Shown here: one piece after another, positions 11,782 through 24,156 of the stretch
Layout: every line of letters starts with the position of its first letter
Position numbering within the stretch: the first letter of the stretch is position 1
Source: Antedon mediterranea
Lineage: Eukaryota; Animalia; Echinodermata
NCBI RefSeq assembly: GCF_964355755.1
Contig: NC_092675.1
Span: forward strand, 26,632,912-26,696,911
Length of the DNA stretch: 64,000 nt
Direction of reading: 5' to 3'
Notes under the pieces: generated by a model
Told to the model about the DNA's origin: nothing
Seen by the model: the letters and a program-made list of their open reading frames with translations, nothing else
Database searches by the model: none
Made by a program: the position numbers and the translations under genes

Positions 11782-13656
11782 TCAGCAACTAAGCAACATT
11801 TAAAACTTAGGCACTGTTTTAAAAGAGATATGAGTATCTTTTTGTATAATAAATGATACCAAGGAACAAAACTTTGACAGGATTAGTCTGGTTTTATTTA
11901 GCAACTAACGTTAGTTTTCTGCTACCTGTTGCTGTACAGTAGGCCTGCTGTTTGTAAGATACAAAACTTTCCAAAGTCTGGTTGATACCCTGCTGTTGCT
12001 TAACAAACTTATAATACAAGCAATATATAAAATAAAATTCATAAAACAATATTGATTTTGCTGTGGACTTGATTCCAACAGAAAGTAATATTCTTTGCAA
12101 TAGCAACACTGTTTTGCATATAAGGAAGTTGCTGATTGGTGTGAATGAACAAACACAATGGCTGAGTCAGCAAGAAATTGTATTATATCCTATGTAAAAT
12201 ACGTGAAAATGATTAGTATCTCCTCAACCTTGAAAGTGATATATCAGTTATGAGTTATGATTTTCTAGGCGTGACGTTACTGTTAAAGGATATGTTAAAA
12301 TAATTGCAAGTTAAAAAACATATTGAGCTTGAACGGACATTGAAACTTGCAATATCATGTTCTAGATGTTTGCTGAATATAGAAACTATTGAATCTTCCA
12401 AAAACAAACATTATATATTAAACAAATAATGAATGTTTATGAGTGTAATGGTACAAATAATGGCATGAGGTGAATGATAAAGGTTATATTTCAACGAGGC
12501 GAAGCAATAGTATCAAAAAAAATATTTTCCAAACGTGAATAGATTTTTCTCTTCGTACACGAAAAAGTAATATTGAACGATCGTTTAATAGTGCGTACAA
12601 CAGCACGCCATGTGACCCACAATCGTCCAATCAAATGACAGGATTTATTTAGGTGTTATATGATATTACTTATATAGAATGTTGCAATTGTAGGCCTATA
12701 CCAACGTTATTCATGATTTTCTAGGTCAATTGGTATTTATTTATGCTTAACTGTTTCCTCAACAAATGGCAGTTAATTCAATTCACTTTTTGGTGAACCA
12801 AATAAGGAATTGGTCAACAGACAGCATATTATAATATTATATAGGTTTAAAGCATCAGGTTTTCCGCTTCCTTAACGGCATCTTTGTTATGATTATGAAC
12901 ATTTTCTCGATAGAACATAAAATGAACCTCGATTGTTGATTGTCTTGCTCCAGTTGCGTTTGCAAGCTTTGTTGTGCTTTCTTGAAATTGTTTAATTTGT
13001 CATTCACACAATCAGACGCGGTAAACCGATATAGCATGCATTATCATGACATTCAAAATTTAAATTTACAGATCACATTATTATTATTGTTATAAACTGA
13101 ACAAAATCAATTCACAATGCAAATGTCAACATTTTGTTTAATATTTAACATAGATTTTAATCATGATCAACAAAAGCATGGTTGCCAAACAGCCTAATTT
13201 AATTTACCTTTTTTAAATCTACAAAATAATTTAAAATATAAAAATTGCACATCAGTCTATATAAACACTTCATTTAATTGCATAATTAATAATTATGGTA
13301 ATGACTAAATCCTTTCGATTTTGAACATAAACAAAACGCATTTCCGCAACGCAAAATCTAATTATTACAATTCAAGCATATGTTACAATAAAACCTGTGA
13401 ATTTTGGTGAAATATAATAGATAACATGAACATAACTAAAACATATCAGAATATTAGAATATATAAAGTAATTTCATTGGGTTTTTAACAACTTCTAATA
13501 GTAAATTATTAATTAGAGTATTGATGAAAGAAGGGTTCCTATCAAAAGAAAAGCTAAAAATGTATGTTATTCATTCATTAAAAAAAATGTTTAGATACAA
13601 TTGACATTCATAAAGAAAAATGGTATATTACGTATCTGATATTGTATGATGACTGT

Positions 13657-15363
13657 TTAGTAATTGAATATTTTAACACTGTTATCAGCATGATCAATTA
13701 CTGCTATTGTTTGTGGTCTGTTGGAAATGACAGCGATTCCAAGTGGTTCTGATAGTCTATCTTCAATACTATCTACTCGTTTTAAAAAAACACAATTTTT
13801 ATCAAATAATTGTAGTTTATGCTTACTGGATATTATGATATTTTCATTCATGTCCATTTCTATGCAAACAGGGTTCATAACTTTCCCATCTTCATCACCT
13901 TTACTTACTAATGCTCTAATAAACATACCATTTGAATCATACATTTGTATTCTATGGTTACCATGATCAGTAACCATCACATTACCTTCCCTGTTTAAAG
14001 TGACATCAACTGGAACAATGAATTGATTTTGTATCTCACCCAGCAGGCTACCATCATCAATATTAAATTTACAAACACGATTAGCTGTACTGTCTACAAC
14101 AAACAGAACTCGTGTTTCATCGTTAACTGTCAGCCCATTCGGGTATGTTAATATTCCTTTACCAAATTGAGCGCACTCGTTAAATTTATCGTTAAGCATC
14201 ACAACAATATTTCTTTGTCTGTCACTGTACACAAGGCGACCATTACCCATAATATGCATGCTACGAACCTTGGCATTTTGTGCCAGTTTAATATTGGCAA
14301 CCAATTCACCTAATTTGTTGAATTTCAATAACTCGTTACAAAGGCTTGATACTACTATACAACCGTCTGAGCCTAATTTTACATCTGTTACTTTGTATGC
14401 AGTATATTTGTGTACTGGAATGCTATTTACAAGGCCCAGTGGTTCCACTTTGATATTCACAGGTGAACCTTTAAAGTGCGCTACTCCAGCTATGACCTCC
14501 ATCTTCCAATCACCTTCCTTATCACATCTTCCCTTTATTCTATACTCTCCACTTCCCATGTCCTCTACATCAGTGGCAGTTTTTTCACCTGATAGAGATA
14601 TCAGAGTAGCAGCTACTTTAAATTTATCACTTGTATTCAGACTTTCTGCTTTCAATACAAACGTTTGTCCCTTTGATACTGTCATGGATCTATTATCGCT
14701 GTCAACAACGAACCTGCTATCAATACTTGTGATTTCACCAAGTCCTTTTGTAAGAGCATCATCCAAATGTTCATTTATAATGAACGTTGGTTTAATAAAT
14801 TTCATTGGTAAATATCTGGAATACATTTCCTTCAAGCATTGTTTAACCTGTTCTAAATCTGACTTGAAATCATCAAGTGTCTTTGTCTTTTCTGGTTTGT
14901 TCTTCGTTTTAGCAACCGATGCCTTCAGACCTTGAACTTCCATTTGGTGTGATTCTAGCTTCATCACCTGACGCTCAATGGCCTCATTCTTTTGCTGACG
15001 TACATTTTCTAGATCCAATAAAACTTTTCTACTTTTTTCTTTCACACTAGAAATAATTATTTCTGTATGCGTTTCAATAACTCCTTTGATCGTCTGTACC
15101 TCTGATTCAAAGTTGGCTTTGTCATCCATTATAGAATGAAATGTAGCTTCTAATTCTTTCTTGATATAGTCAGCTGACAAAATCAATTCAGTTACTCGTT
15201 TATTAATTGCATCTATAGCATCACTGATTTGTGTTGAAGCATGATCTGCTTTGTAACAACTCATAAAACATTTCTTACATACACTTTTGTTACAAGTTGC
15301 ACAAAACCTTTCTACTGTGTTGTCTGGATGGTCTTGACATCTTCCTTGTACTTGACTTGACAT
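13657..15363 (-). CDS. RING-less TRIM-NHL-like protein (B-box, coiled coil, filamin Ig, NHL propeller), ~568 aa, single coding exon; intact copy 2
   Basis: Open ORF containing B-box CQDH..FCATCNKSVCKKC..H, a heptad region, filamin motif DMGSGEY..HFKGSP and NHL repeats (YPNGLTV, PVDVTL..VMVTDHGNHRIQMYD, EPLGIAV). The start is placed at MSSQV, which directly follows a tttgcag acceptor conserved in copies 1, 2 and 4. Confidence 0.88.
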   Translation of the reverse strand: MSSQVQGRCQDHPDNTVERFCATCNKSVCKKCFMSCYKADHASTQISDAIDAINKRVTELILSADYIKKELEATFHSIMDDKANFESEVQTIKGVIETHTEIIISSVKEKSRKVLLDLENVRQQKNEAIERQVMKLESHQMEVQGLKASVAKTKNKPEKTKTLDDFKSDLEQVKQCLKEMYSRYLPMKFIKPTFIINEHLDDALTKGLGEITSIDSRFVVDSDNRSMTVSKGQTFVLKAESLNTSDKFKVAATLISLSGEKTATDVEDMGSGEYRIKGRCDKEGDWKMEVIAGVAHFKGSPVNIKVEPLGLVNSIPVHKYTAYKVTDVKLGSDGCIVVSSLCNELLKFNKLGELVANIKLAQNAKVRSMHIMGNGRLVYSDRQRNIVVMLNDKFNECAQFGKGILTYPNGLTVNDETRVLFVVDSTANRVCKFNIDDGSLLGEIQNQFIVPVDVTLNREGNVMVTDHGNHRIQMYDSNGMFIRALVSKGDEDGKVMNPVCIEMDMNENIIISSKHKLQLFDKNCVFLKRVDSIEDRLSEPLGIAVISNRPQTIAVIDHADNSVKIFNY

Positions 15364-15562
15364 CTGCAAAGTTAAACATTCATTTTTTAATATATAATGT
15401 AATAATATAATAAACCATTCAACTTTTAGGACTACTTTCAAAACAATTTGTAATAGTCTAGCAAATCTGCAGACCATACAAAACGTCGGTGTGTTGTTGA
15501 CTGACCGCCATTTGCAAACTGGTTTTATACGGCCATAATGCGACACCGGTACTCGTCAGATC

Positions 15563-18500
15563 CAGTGGTGGCGCCAGCGGGGGGGCTACGGGGGCTCTAG
15601 CCCCCTCGTCGGGGAGCCTAGCCCCCCCGTCGGGGAACACGGGTACTTTTTGTCGGGGAATATAATATACAGTAAAAAACGTTCGCGTTCACTTCATATA
15701 GCTTCAGCGCCTAGAAAACCACGACGTTCCATTGACCGTGAGAGTACGTCAGAGGGCTATTATGCACTTTAAATTTATGCATTCATTTATTGCCAGCGAT
15801 CTAACTTACTACTAAACATTAGCTAGGTACGCAGTTGTCTGGCGGTATCCCTTTGTACGAATCGTTCAACGTTGGGTCGAGACGCGTGATATCAAGTTCC
15901 ATCCAGGGACCAAAATGTGTAATGTAGTTATTTTCCAGGCAGTGGTGGCGCCAGCGGGGGGGGGGGGGGGGGGGCTACGGGGGCCCTAGCCCCCTCGTCG
16001 GGGAGCCTAGCCCCCCCGTCGGGGAACACGGGTACTTTTTGTCGGGGAATATAATATACAGTAAAAAACGTTCGCGTTCACTTCATGCTTCAGCGCCTAG
16101 AAAACCACGACGTTCCATTGACCGTGAGAGTACGTCAGAGGGCTATTATGCACTTTTATGCATTCATTTATTGCCAGCGATCTAACTTACTACTAAACAT
16201 TAGCTAGGTACGCACTTGTCTGGCGGTATCCCTTTGTACGAATCGTTCAACGTTGGGTCGAGACGCGTGATATCAAGTTCCATACAGGGACCAAAATGTG
16301 TAATGTAGTTATTTTCCAGGCGAAGTTTACCGACGGTTACCGAAGGGAACACGGGTACTTTTTGTCGGGGAATATAATATATACAGTAAAAAGCGTTCGC
16401 GTTCACTTCGTAGCTAGTTTCAGCGTCTAGAAAACCGCGACGTTTCATTGACCGTGAGAGTACGTCAGAGTGATATTATGCACTTTATATGCATAATACT
16501 ACTAAACAATAGCTAGGTTCGCACTTGTCTGGCGGTATCCCTTTGTACGAATCGTTCAACGTTGGGTCGAGACGCGTGATATCATGTTCCATCCAGGGAC
16601 CAAAATGTGTACTGTAGTTATTTTCCAGGCGAAGTTTACTGACGGTTACGTCGTGTACTGCGTCGACGTACGCTACACTACAGCAAAAACGAATTATGTT
16701 AATTGTTCGTATGTTCACCAATTTTTTAATTTACAAGTAACCTTCTGTACCGTGGGGCACCTAAAATAAATTTTTCATCCATTACTAAACAAAAAAACAT
16801 GCCATTTTCGCTTAGCCAACATCTTATTATAGCTAAGTTATTACATTTTCAATGTCATGTCCTGTATGTCATGAATTTCTCACCACTTGGAAGTCCAGAT
16901 AGTACGCACGCATACACTTGGGAGGAATAAACTTATTTCCCCGACTGAAAAAGGTCTACGCTTGCGTTTTTTAAGCCTCTAGGCCTGATGTTTCTAAAGT
17001 ATAAAATGCAATTTTTTGAAGACCTGCAGCTGCAGCTCTAGTTTTAAACAGTTTCTTAGCTCAGCCCCAACAATAAAGCTGGTCATATTTCGAAGTACAA
17101 GAAGTGCATTTTCCGGGACCTAACATCTCTATTTTTCAAACATTTCTTAGCTCAGTCACAACCATGATAGGGACTTATATATTTTGTTTCATGTTTTGAA
17201 GTATATTAAGTCCAATTTCCGGGACCTCCAACTCTATTTTTCTAAATTTTCTTTGAACTTTTATTTTTTAAATTGAAAAATATGGATTGAAACAGTCATC
17301 GCGCATCGTTTTTTTGCACGCAGTATTTTATTTATGCATTATAAAAAATGGAAAAAATGGCTACCCTAAATCTGATTAAAATGACCTCAAATGACGCTAG
17401 AACGCGTTGCTTCCGGGGGCTTCGCCCCCCTGGACCCCCACCGGGGGCCCTTGGCGGCCCCCTGGCCCCCAGCCTAGTGATGCTCGCTTCGCTCGCATAG
17501 CCCCCTCGTCGGGGAATGTAGCCCCCGCGTCGGGAAGATCCTGGCGCCACCCCTGTTTCCAGGCGAAGTTTACCGACGGTTACCGAAGGAAACACGGGTA
17601 CTTTTTGTCGGGGAATATAATATACAGTAAAAAGCGTTCACGTTCACTTTGTAGCTAGCTTCAGCGCCTAGAAAACCGCGACGTTTCATTGACCGTGAGA
17701 GAGTACGTCAGAGTGATATTATGCACTTTATATGCATTCATTATTGCCAGCGATCTAACTTACTACTAAACAATAGCTAGGTACGCACTTGTCTGGCGGT
17801 ATCCCTTTGTACGAATCGTTCAACGTTGGGTCGAGACGCGTGATATCATGTTCCATCCAGGGACCAAAATGTGTACTGTAGTTATTTTCCAGGCGAAGTT
17901 TACTGACGTACGGTTACGTCGTGTACTGCGTCGACGTACGCTACACTACAGCAAAAACGAATTATGTTAATTGTTCGTATGTTCACCAATTTTTTTAATT
18001 TACAAGTAACATTCTGTAGGCCTACCGTGGGGCACCTAAAATAAATTTTTCATCCATTACTAAACAAAAAAACATGCCATTTTCGCTTAGCCAACATCTT
18101 ATTATAGCTAAGTTATTACATTTTCAATGTCCTGTATGTCATGAATTTCTCACCACTCGGAAGTCCAGATGGTACGCACGCATACACTTGGGAGGAATAA
18201 ACTTATTTCCCCGACTGAAAAAGGTCTACGCTTGCGTTTTTTAAGCCTCTATGCCTGATGTTTCCGAAGTATAAAATGCAATTTTTTGAAGACCTGCAGC
18301 TCTAGTTTTAAACAGTTTCTTAGCTCAGCCCCAACAATAAAGCTGGTCATATTTCGAAGTACAGGAAGTGCATTTTCCGGGACCTAACATCTCTATTTTT
18401 CAAACATTTCTTAGCTCAGTCACAACCTTGATAGGGACTTATATATTTTATTTCATGTTTTGAAGTATAATAAGTCCAATTTCCGGGACCTCCAACTCTA

Positions 18501-18818
18501 TTTTTCTAAATTTTCTTTGAACTTTTATTTTTTAAATTGAAAAATATGGATTGAAACAGTCATCGCGCATCGTTTTTTTGCACGCAGTATTTTATTTATG
18601 CATTATAAAAAATGGAAAAAATGGCTACCCTAAATCTGATTAAAATGACCTCAAATGACGCTAGAACGCGTTGCTTCCGGGGGCTTCGCCCCCTGGACCC
18701 CCACCGGGGGCCCTTGGCGGCCCCCTGGCCCCCAGCCTAGTGATGCTCGCTTCGCTCGCATAGCCCCCTCGTCGAGGAATGTAGCCCCCGCGTCGGGAAG
18801 ATCCTGGCGCAACCCCTG
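15563..18818. mobile_element. Non-autonomous hAT element (outer copy)
   Basis: Ends are CAGTGGTGGCGCCAG...CTGGCGCAACCCCTG with a perfect 8-bp target-site duplication (TSD) GTCAGATC at 15555-15562 and 18819-18826. There is no transposase ORF; an internal ~290-bp tandem duplication is present. Confidence 0.92.
15940..17555. mobile_element. Non-autonomous hAT element (inner copy of the same family)
   Basis: Same termini, perfect 8-bp TSD TTTCCAGG at 15932-15939 and 17556-17563, and near-identical to the outer copy. Confidence 0.92.
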
Positions 18819-18970
18819 GTCAGATCACCGGAGTTAAGCAACGTCCTGGATGGGAGACTGTCGAAAATGGCGTTGGGTGCTGTATATACCGGAAACCAAG
18901 GTGTACTGCCAATATCGAACAAGAGATAGATATGGGTTCGAGCTTCTGTACCATACTGATTGCATCCTTA

Positions 18971-19125
18971 AGCCTATCCACTAGGCGAATTTGTTCACGC
19001 AATCGAAAGCGTCAGCTTATACGAATGCGTATCCATGTTTCCATCTTCCAAATCCCTCTCTACGCATGCGTATAAGCTGACGCTTTCGATTCGCGTGAAC
19101 AAATTTGCCTAGTGGAAAATAGGCT
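18971..19125. mobile_element. Palindromic Harbinger-like MITE (same TIR family as 11051)
   Basis: AGCCTAT..CCACTAGGCGAATTTGTTCACGC...GCGTGAACAAATTTGCCTAGTGGAAAATAGGCT, flanked by TTA/TTA. Confidence 0.85.
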
Positions 19126-21165
19126 TTAGGCAAGATGCTTTACTCTCATTGCCTCGTCCTTTGGATGGGAAACAAAGTCATGGCCCTGTGCACATAATGG
19201 ATGTTAAGGAACTTGGTACACTATTTAAAAAAAAGTAGGCCTCCCAGTGCCGGTGTTTCCAGTTATTAATTGAAAAGAACAGGAAAAACCCTACGACATT
19301 GAATGATCGTACATTAAGACGTAAAGTTAATCCATTATTTAAGACGACTGAATTAAGACAAATAAATACACTGAATACACTAAAAGGGGATAGCCCTAGG
19401 CCGCCGTAAACATGTGATTTGATTTCGTAACGTATGGGCATGATTTCGGGATAAAAAGCAACTAAGCTAGCCAGGAAAAAGTCAACAGAAAGGGAAGTAC
19501 CCTTAATACCATTCCCTTTGACGTAGCCGCACACACCAAACAAATCTGCACCCCTACTTTTAAAATGAAATAACCCTACAATAACTTCCGGAAACCAATC
19601 GGCAGTAATTCCGAAACTTAAAACTTACTGTTTTACAAGAGATGAGTATTTTTTTGTATAATAAATGATACGAAGGAATAACACTTTGACAGGATTAGTC
19701 TGGTTTTATTTAGCAACTAACCTTAGTTTTCTTCTACCTGTTGCTGGGCAGTAGGCCTACTGTTTGTAAATGGGCCTGGGTGCGGCCAGCTGGCAATGCT
19801 GAAATGCAAGGTACAAAACTTTCCAAAGTCTGGTTGATACCCTGATGTTACGTAACAAACTTACAAAACAAGCAGCATATAAAATAAAATTCATAAAACA
19901 ATATTGTTTTTGCTGTGGATTTGATTCCAACACAGTTGTAAATTGTTTTTAATGGTCTTTGCAATAGCAACACTGTTTTGCATATTAAAGTAGTGACGTC
20001 TGATTGTTGAATGAACAAATACAAAATCTGAGTCCGTAAGAAATTGTATTATATTCTATGTAAATACGTGAACGTTATTGTTATCTCCTCAACCATGAAA
20101 GTAATATAACAAACACATACTTACTTATAAGTTATGATTTTCTAGGTTACTGTTATATGATATATCTAAATAAGTGTAAGTTAAATAGCATTTTAGGTGA
20201 ACGAACATTGATCCTTTCAATATAATAATCATAGATATTTGCTGAATATAGAAACTATTGATTGTTCTAATCATATAGGCCTATATCAACATTATGCATG
20301 ATTTTCTAGGTCAATTTGTATTTATTTATACTAAACTGGGTTGTGCCTTTAGGTTAGCTTAATTGGGATTGTAATTAACCTTTCTCAACAAATGGCAGTT
20401 AATTCAATTCACTTTTTGCTGAACCAAATAAAGATTTGGTGAACAGACAGAATATTATAATATTATATAGGTTTAAAGCATCAGGTTTTCCGCTTCCTTA
20501 ACGGCATCTTTGTTATGATTATGAACATTTTCTCGATAGAACATAAAATGAACCTCGATTGTTGATTGTCTTGCTCCAGTTGCGTTTGCAAGCTTTGTTG
20601 TGCTTTCTCGAAATTGTTTAATTTGTCATTCACACAATCAGACGCGGTAAACCGATATAGCATGCATTATCATGACATTCAAAATTTAAATTTACAGATC
20701 ACATTATTATTATTGTTATAAACTGAACAAAATCAATTCACAATGCAAATTTCAATATTTTGTTTTAATGTTTAATATAGATTTTAATCATGATCAACAA
20801 AAGCATGGTTGCCAAACAGCCTAATTTAATTTAGCTTTTTTAAATCTACAAAATAATTTAAAATATAACAATTTCACATCAGTCTATATAAACACTTCAT
20901 TTATTTGCATAATTAATAATTATCACATGAACATAACTAAAACATATCATTAGAATATTAGTGTATATAATGTAATTTCATTGGCGTTTTAACAACTTCT
21001 AAAAGAAAATTATTAATTAGTATTGATGAAAAGAGGGTTCATATCAAAAGAAAAGCTCAACATATATGATATTCCATCATTATTTTTTATTTCAGATACA
21101 ATTCATATTCATGAAGAAAAAATGGTATGTTATGTATAATATGTTAGATATTGTATATTGACTGT

Positions 21166-22330
21166 TTAGTAATTGAATATTTTAACACTTTTATCATCAG
21201 TTACTGCTATTGTTTGAGGTCTGTTGGAAATGACAGCGATTCCAATTGGATTTGATAGTCTATCTTCAATACTATCTACTCGTTTTAAGAAAACACAATT
21301 TTTATCAAATAATTGTAGTTTAGACTTAGTGGATATTATTATATTTTCATTTATGTCCATTTCGATACCACGAGGTTTCATAACTTTCCCATCTTCATCA
21401 CCTTCACTTACTAGTGTTTTAATAAACATACCATTTGAATCATGATATTTGTATTCTATGATTACCATGATCTGTAACCATCACATTACCTTCCCTGGTT
21501 AAATCCACATCAATTGGATAATTAAATTGATTTTGTATCTTACACAGCAGACTGCCATCATCAATGTTAAATTTACAAACACGATTACCTATACTGTGTA
21601 CAACAAACAGAACCCGTGTTTCATCGTTTACCATCAACCCATTCGGTTCTTTTAATATTCTTTTACCAAATTGAGCGCACTCTTCAAATTTATCATTAAG
21701 CATCACAACAATATTTCTTTGTGTGTCACTGTACACAAGGTAACCATTACCCATGATATGCATGCTACAGACCTCAGCATTTTGTGCCAGTTTAATATTG
21801 GCAACAAATTCACCTAATTTGTTAAATTTCAATAACTTATTACCAAAGCTTGATACTAATATACAACCATCCGAGACTAATGCTACATCCGATACTTTGT
21901 ATTCCGTGTATTTTGTGTGCTGCAATGGTACGCACAAGGCCCAGTGGTTCCACTTTGATCTTCACAGGTGAACCTTTAAAGTGTGCTACTCCAGCCATGA
22001 CCTCCATCTTCCAATCACCTTCCTTATCAGATCTTCCCCTTATTCTATACTTTCCACTTCCCATGTCTTCTACCTCAGTGGCTGTTTTTTCACCTGACGG
22101 AGATATCAGAATAGCAGCTACTTTACATTTATCACTTTTATTCAGACTTTCTGCTTTCACTACAAAGCTTGTCCACTTGATACTGTAATGGATCTATCAT
22201 CTTTGTCAATGGTGAACCTGCTATCAATACTTATGATTTCATCAAGGCCTTTTGTAATGAAAACCTCATCCAAATGTTCATTTATAATGAAAGTTGGTTT
22301 AATGTATTGCACAGGTAAATACCTGGAATA
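21166..22330 (-). pseudogene. TRIM-NHL-like copy 3, 5'-deleted and frameshifted
   Basis: Frameshifts lie near 21445, 21915 and 22170. Coding homology stops at ~22330, where it is fused to upstream-intron sequence, so the B-box and most of the coiled coil are lost. Confidence 0.88.
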
Positions 22331-23374
22331 CACAACAGAATTAGTCTGGTTTTACTTAGCAACTGAACTTAGTTTTTTTCTACCTGTTGCTGTAGTACAG
22401 TAGGCCTTCTGTTTGTAAATGGGCCTGGGTGCGGTTCGGCTGGCAATGCTGAAACAAGAATCAAAACTTTCCAAAGTCTGGTTAATACCCTGCTGTTACT
22501 TACAAAACAAGCAGCTTATACACTAAAATTCATAAAACAATTTTGATTTTGCTGTGGATTTGATTCCAACAAAGTTGTAAATTGTTTGCTGTTCTTTTCA
22601 ATAGCAACACTGTTTTGCATATTAAAGTAGTGACGTCTGATTGCTGAATGAATAAGTACAAAAGCTGAGTCCGTAATAAATTGTATTATATTCTATGTAA
22701 ATACGTGAACGTGATTGTTATCTCCTCAACCATGAAAGTAATATAACAAACACATAATAACTTAGTTAAGATTTTCTAGGCATGTCGTTACTGTTATATA
22801 GGATATATTTTAAAATAATTATAAGTTAAATAGCGGTTTAGTTGAACGAACATTGATCCTTGCAATATGATATTCATATATTTGCTGAATATAGAAACTA
22901 TTGATTGTTCCAATCGTATAGGCCTATATCAACATTATTCATGATTTTCTAGGTCAACTGGTATTTATTTATACTGTTTTGTGCTTTCACAGGTTAGCCT
23001 AATTAGGATTGCGATTAACATTTCTCAACAAATGGCAGTTAATTCAATTCACTTTTTGCTGAACCATATATGGCATTGGTCAACAGACAGAATATAGTAT
23101 AATATTATAGAGGTTTAAAGCATGAGGTTTTTCGCTTTCTTAAAGGCATCTTTGTTATGATTATGAACATTTTCTCGATAGAACATAAAATGAACCTTGT
23201 TTGTTGATTTTCTTGATCCAGTTGCATTTGCAAGCTTGTTGTTGTGCTTTCTCGAAATTGTTTAATTTGTCATTATCATCCAATCAGACGCGGTAAACCG
23301 ACATAGCATTATGAATTACCATGACATTCAAAATTTAGATTTACAGATCACATTATTATTATTATTATTAGTGG

Positions 23375-23406
<32 letters not shown>

Positions 23407-24156
23407 GGCCTATAAAAAAACAGAACAAAATCAATTGACAATGCAAATTTCAATATTTTGTTTTAATGTTTAATATAGATTTTAATCATGATCAACAAAA
23501 GCATGGTTGCCAAACAGCCTAATTTAATTTAGCTTTTTTAAATCTACAAAATAATTTAAAATATAAAAATTGCACATCAGTCTATATAAACACTTCATTA
23601 TTTTATTTGCATAATTAATAATTATAGTAATGACTAAATCCTTTCGATTTTGAACATAAACAAAACGCATTTCCTACTACTTACAATAAAAAATCAAATT
23701 AATACAATTCAAGCATAATATGTTACAATAAAATATGTGAATTTTGGTGAAATATAAAAGATAACATGAACATAACTAAAACATATCATCAGAATATTAG
23801 AGTATATAATGTAATTTCATTAGAATTTTAATATATTTAGTATTGATGAAAAGAGGGTTCCTATCCAAAGAAAAGCTAAAAATATAATTATGTTATTTCT
23901 TCATTTTTTTATGTCAGATATAATTCACATCATATCATCACATCATATCATCAGAATATTAGAGTATATAATGTAATTTCATTAGGTTTTTAACAACTTC
24001 TAAAAGCAAATTATTAATTATTATTGATGAAAAGAGGGTTCCTATCAAAAGAAAAGCTAAAAATATATGTTATTCCTTCATTTTTTAAATTTCAGATACA
24101 ATTCATATTCATAAGAAAAAATGGTATGTATCTGTTAGATATTGTATGTTGACTGT

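Larger units (their letters stand above)
15525..19262 (+). mobile_element. 5S rRNA-headed SINE with Deu-like core, copy 2, split by insertions (15525-15562, 18827-18970, 19129-~19262)
   Basis: Removing the hAT and MITE insertions restores the same head as at 10855, followed by CCTTAGGCAAGATGCTTTACTCTCATTGCCTC and GGATGTTAAGGAAC..ACACTATTT..AGTAGG..CCGGTGT, which resembles the Deu SINE domain as I recall it. Confidence 0.65.

Noticed and set aside
15364-15546. 61-aa N-terminal extension of the 629-aa ORF, with Cys residues that might suggest a RING
   Set aside because: It starts at a non-ATG codon inside the antisense 5S-SINE, is not open in other copies, and lies upstream of a conserved splice acceptor. 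It is intron read-through.
16200-18837. Short ORFs inside the hAT copies as transposase
   Set aside because: No DDE, BED-finger or dimerisation motifs; they come from GC-rich subterminal sequence.
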